Below, one piece after another: positions 59,446-64,000 of a stretch of DNA of 64,000 bases. The translations under genes were made by a program, and so were the position numbers. The DNA is from the human T2T-CHM13v2.0 reference genome, Homo sapiens, in assembly GCF_009914755.1 (NCBI RefSeq), contig NC_060942.1; one strand, 5' to 3'. The notes beneath the pieces are model-generated. The model made no database searches and was not told the DNA's origin. It saw only the letters and a program-made list of their open reading frames with translations. Numbering within the stretch: the stretch's first letter is position 1; each line of letters begins with the position of its first letter.

Positions 59446-59803
59446 ATGCTTTAAAAAGTCTAATTTACTGAATACAGACTAAAGTGTTCACAAACCTTCC
59501 AGAAAACTGGGAATCATCCTGGGTTGCTTCTTCAACCTTAACCCAAATATGATCACTAGTCATATTCTAAGCCTCAGCAATATGTATCAAAAGCACCCAC
59601 TTCTCCCCCATGTCACCTAAAACCAGCCAGACATATAGTGTAATAAACAAGAACAGGAACTCTAGAATCTGACATCCTACTGAATTTCTCTGTCATTTTC
59701 TAGCTATTTTTTAATGAGGTTCATTACAGCATTGTTTTTTAATTTCTGGTAAAAGTTGAACCTTTTAAAATTTTAATTTTTTGCTAGATGCAATTACATA
59801 TAA

Positions 59804-60106
<303 letters not shown>

Positions 60107-61249
60107 ACTATGCTAATTTTTTATAATGAACATCCATTTGTTGTATAATTTGAAATGCTGTATCATAATCTTATGTGTAGAACACTGTTTAACTTTTATC
60201 TGACACAGAATAATGGTAGAAATAAGAGATTAAGCTTCCCTGCCAAAGTGATACAACATTATAATCATCAAATTCAGCTTATGAAATATATAATGCATGA
60301 ATGATCATTTTTTCATTTCTTGTTTTAAAAAACTTAATCCCCAGTGCGATAGCATCTTAGGTTTTACATATTTCCAATTTTTCTATGAGAGCATAATTCT
60401 GTTCATAATGAGAAAAAAGGCTGCTTTTGTTTTTATTAGAAACTCCTACAGAGTTCCCCTTATAGTTAGTATGTAGAAGATTGGGGAAAACCTTTGCTTC
60501 TGAAATAGCAGTAAGAAAACAGTGGATAAACAAAGAAAAATTCTATTTTTCTTTAAAGTTATCACACAGATATAGATCCAAATAAGTCCATAGGAACTAA
60601 TTTACAGAGAGGGATGAGCTCCTCCCCAGTTAACAGAGAGTGGTAATCACTTTCACTACTGACAGCATCTGCCAAGTCAGGACACAGACAAAGGACTGAG
60701 CTTGCCAAAGGAGAAGCCAACTAAAATTTCAATGGCCATGCACAGACGACAGGAATCGAAGAAGCTGCAAGCACAGAGCTCCTCTTCACCAGTCAGTTTT
60801 AATACATGTCTTTAGCTGAGTACATGTTAGCATAGGAAGTCCTGGGCAAGGCTGGAAAGAAATAAGAATATGCAGTCTTGCCATATTTGTATCTGAAAGT
60901 TCTGATAAGGTAGGGAACTGACCCTCCCTGAAACCTGAGTGATGTGACATTAAAGCACCAAATTATCACCTTTCCAACTCAAATCCTAAGGGCAGGGAAA
61001 GGATCAGCTCCTCAACTTGGCAAATAGAGAAAAGAGTTGGTCTTTCCAAAGAAAGTGTTATCTATTTTAATCTCTAATATTATTATATATACAACACCCA
61101 CTATCCAATTAAAAAACAAGAGATATTCAAAGATGGAGGGGGAAAAAAATGACCCCATAATCAAGAGATAAAACAGTCAACAAAAGCAGGCCATGTTACA
61201 TATTAACTGGACACAAATTATCGAAGACTTTAAAATGGAAATTATATAG

Positions 61250-64000
61250 CTAAAAAATAAAGGATCTGAAATGAAAAATTCATTTAATTGGATTAAGAGC
61301 AGACTCAAAGTCAGGGTCACATACATATTATCACTTGATTTTCAACAAAGGAGCCAATGTAAATCAATGGAGAAAGGAATGTCTCTGCAAAATGGTGCTA
61401 AAACAACTGAAAGAAATGTCTGTAGTAAAGGAATAAAAAGCAGCAAAAAGGAGCCAAACTGGTAAATATGTAGGTGAATATAAAATACTTCTTTTTATCC
61501 CTTCTAATTTCCTTTAAAAATCAACTTGATATCAAAAGCAAAAAATAACACTGAACTTTGGGGTTTATATATTTTTATTAAGTAAAATACATGTCAATAA
61601 TAGTACAAACAACAGAAGTAGATGAATGAAACTAGAGTGGTGTAAAGTTCTTAAATTTTACATGACGTTGTAAAATATTACAACTTAAATAAACTTCTAG
61701 GTATAACATAAGTACAATGTAATCACGAGAATGCCAACTGAGAAAATAATACTAAGTGTTACTGGTAAAAGGCCAAGAGAGTAAACAGAATGAAACAAAA
61801 ATTATTTGATTAGTCTAAAAGGCAGGAAAACAAACAGATAAAAACCAGAGAGAACAAATAGACAAACAATTGCAAAATGGTAGCCTAAAGCCAGTATCAA
61901 TAATCCCTCTAAATATAAGCGGACTAAATTTTCCAACTAAAAGACAAAAATTGTTAGATTAAATAAAACCAAAAATATGCTGTCCACAAGAAACACACCA
62001 TAAATATAAAGATTCGGATAGACTGAAACAATTAAAAATATATCATGTAACCAGAGGTAAGAAAGAAGATATGGTGATGTTAATATGAAATGCATTTTAT
62101 AATTAGGGCAAATTAATTTGGAAGATGTATAATTCCAAATGTGTATCATCTAATAACAGAGGTTAAAGACACACGAAGCAAAAACTGACAGGACTAAAGG
62201 CACAAACAGATGACTCTAAAATCAGAGCTGAAAATTTTAACACTTATCATAACTGACAAAATAAGGAGATTTTAAAAAATCATAAAGAATTAAGAAGATG
62301 TAAACACTATCAACCACCCTGACCTAAATGACATTTGGAACACTATAGTATATACATTCTTTCCAACTATATATGGAACTCTTATCAAGATAAGTTACAA
62401 GTTATAGCATAAAATAATTTTCATAAATTTCCAAGGACTAAAGTCACACACACTATATGCTGGACTGTTAACAGAATTAAATTAGAAATTGATGAAGTAT
62501 CTAGAAAATCCTCACACTCCTAAGAAAAACCCAAACTTCTAAATAACTCATGAATCAAGAAGAATTAGAAAATAAGTGATAATTTAAAAACAACATAAAA
62601 TTTGTAATATAGAGCTAACATAAAGCTTAGAGGGAAATTTATAGCTTTAAATGTGTACATTATAAACAAATCAATGATCTAAATGTACACCACAGGAGGC
62701 TAGAAAAGACCAGATTAAATGAAAAGTAAGCAGACAAAAAGATGAATACAAACAAAACAGAAAAGAGACAAAGACAACAAAGACTACTGATTAATCCATT
62801 ACAAGACATTCTAATAAAAAATTAAAAAGTCAAATTACTAACATTATAAATTTTAAAATGGATCTCACATATATGAAAGGAATAACAAATATCAGAAATA
62901 ACTTTATATCAATACATTCTCCAGCCTTGGCAACCTGGTGAAATCCTATCTCTAAATAAAACACAAAAATTAGCCAGGTGCAGTAGCATGTACCTGTGGT
63001 CCCAGCTTCTCGAGAGGCTAAAGTGGGGAAGATTGCCTGAGCCTGGGAGGTTGAGGCTGCCGTGAGCCAACCAGGCCACTGCACTCCAGCCTGGGCAACG
63101 AAGTGAGATCCTGTCTCAATTAATCAATCCTATGACTTAAATGAAATGAACACATTTCTAACAAAATCCAAGTTTATCAAACACATACACAAAATTAAAA
63201 ATGTAAATAATTCTCAATTTAAAAAACCTTTTCCTACAAGAGATGGTTTCTCTGGAAAAATCAAACTTTGTTTTGAATACAAGGTCTCGCTGTTGCCCAG
63301 GCTGGAGTGCAGCGGCGCAAACATGGCTCAATGCAACCTCCACCTCCTGGGCTCAAGTGACCCTCCCACCTTAGCCTCTTAAGTAGCTGGGACCACAGGT
63401 GAATGCCACTACCCCTGGCTAATTTAAAAAAAAAAAAATTTTTTTTTGTAGAGACGGGGTCTTGCTTTGTTGCCTAGGTTGGTCTTGACCTCCTGTGCTC
63501 AAGCAATTCTCCAGCATTGGCCTCCTAAAATGCTAGGATTACAGGCAAGAACTACCATGCCCAGCCCTATCAAAAATTTAAGAAAGAAATAATGCCAACC
63601 TTAAAGAAACTCTTCGAGAAAACAGGAGAAAGCCCTTTCCAACACATTTTATGATATTAAAACTAATAAACACATTACAAGGGAAAAAACCCTACAGACC
63701 AATCTCTCATAAACATAGATGGAAAAATTCTCAAAAATAAAACAATTCAAATCCATGAAACTATATGATCCTCTTTATAAACGCAGAAAAAAAATTTGAC
63801 AAAATTCAACAGCCATTTATAAAACACAATTAGAACATTAAGAACAAAAAGGAAAAAGAACTTCCTCAATCAGATACAATCTCCAAAATATCCACAATTA
63901 ACATCATACTTAAAGGGGGAATTGTGAAATGTGTTCTTCCTATAATCAGAACAATGCAAAAATGTCCATTCTTATAGCTTCAACAGTTTATTGTAGGTCT
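61250..64000 (+). mobile_element. Old L1M body (degenerate ORF2 endonuclease/RT region) interrupted by Alus at ~62918-63128 (+) and ~63268-63566 (-)
   Basis: A-rich L1 motifs: cttagagggaaatttatagctttaaatg, ctacagaccaatctctcataaacatagatg, tttgacaaaattcaaca. Confidence 0.75.

Overview
Human (hominid-type) genomic DNA, with no prokaryotic features. The window holds the 3' half of SMAD2 on the minus strand: five coding exons (54258-54311, 51493-51705, 48681-48818, 48358-48502, 44846-44969) encode the end of the linker, the MH2 domain and the C-terminal SSMS motif. A long 3' UTR follows, with several candidate poly(A) signals (about 44.28 kb, 36.14 kb, 34.58 kb and a far-distal pair at about 11.97 kb). 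The rest is repeat-rich: about 20 Alu/FLAM elements including a young AluYa5, an SVA, an 8-kb ERV1 provirus, MaLR LTRs, L1/L2/MIR and DNA-transposon fossils. Four structures stand out: (1) a ~194-bp mitochondrial COX2 fragment inserted cleanly into an intronic Alu, in frame with SMAD2 if that Alu is exonised; (2) an SVA whose target-site duplication closes ~440 bp after its own poly(A), i.e. a 3' transduction; (3) a 150-bp, ~97%-identical non-tandem duplicate of SMAD2 3'-UTR sequence 3.5 kb away; (4) a possible ~33-kb extended 3' UTR containing closely spaced inverted Alus. I see no convincing new protein-coding gene; nearly all listed ORFs are repeat-derived or chance. Repeat subfamily names come from recalled consensus sequences, and old-repeat boundaries are approximate.
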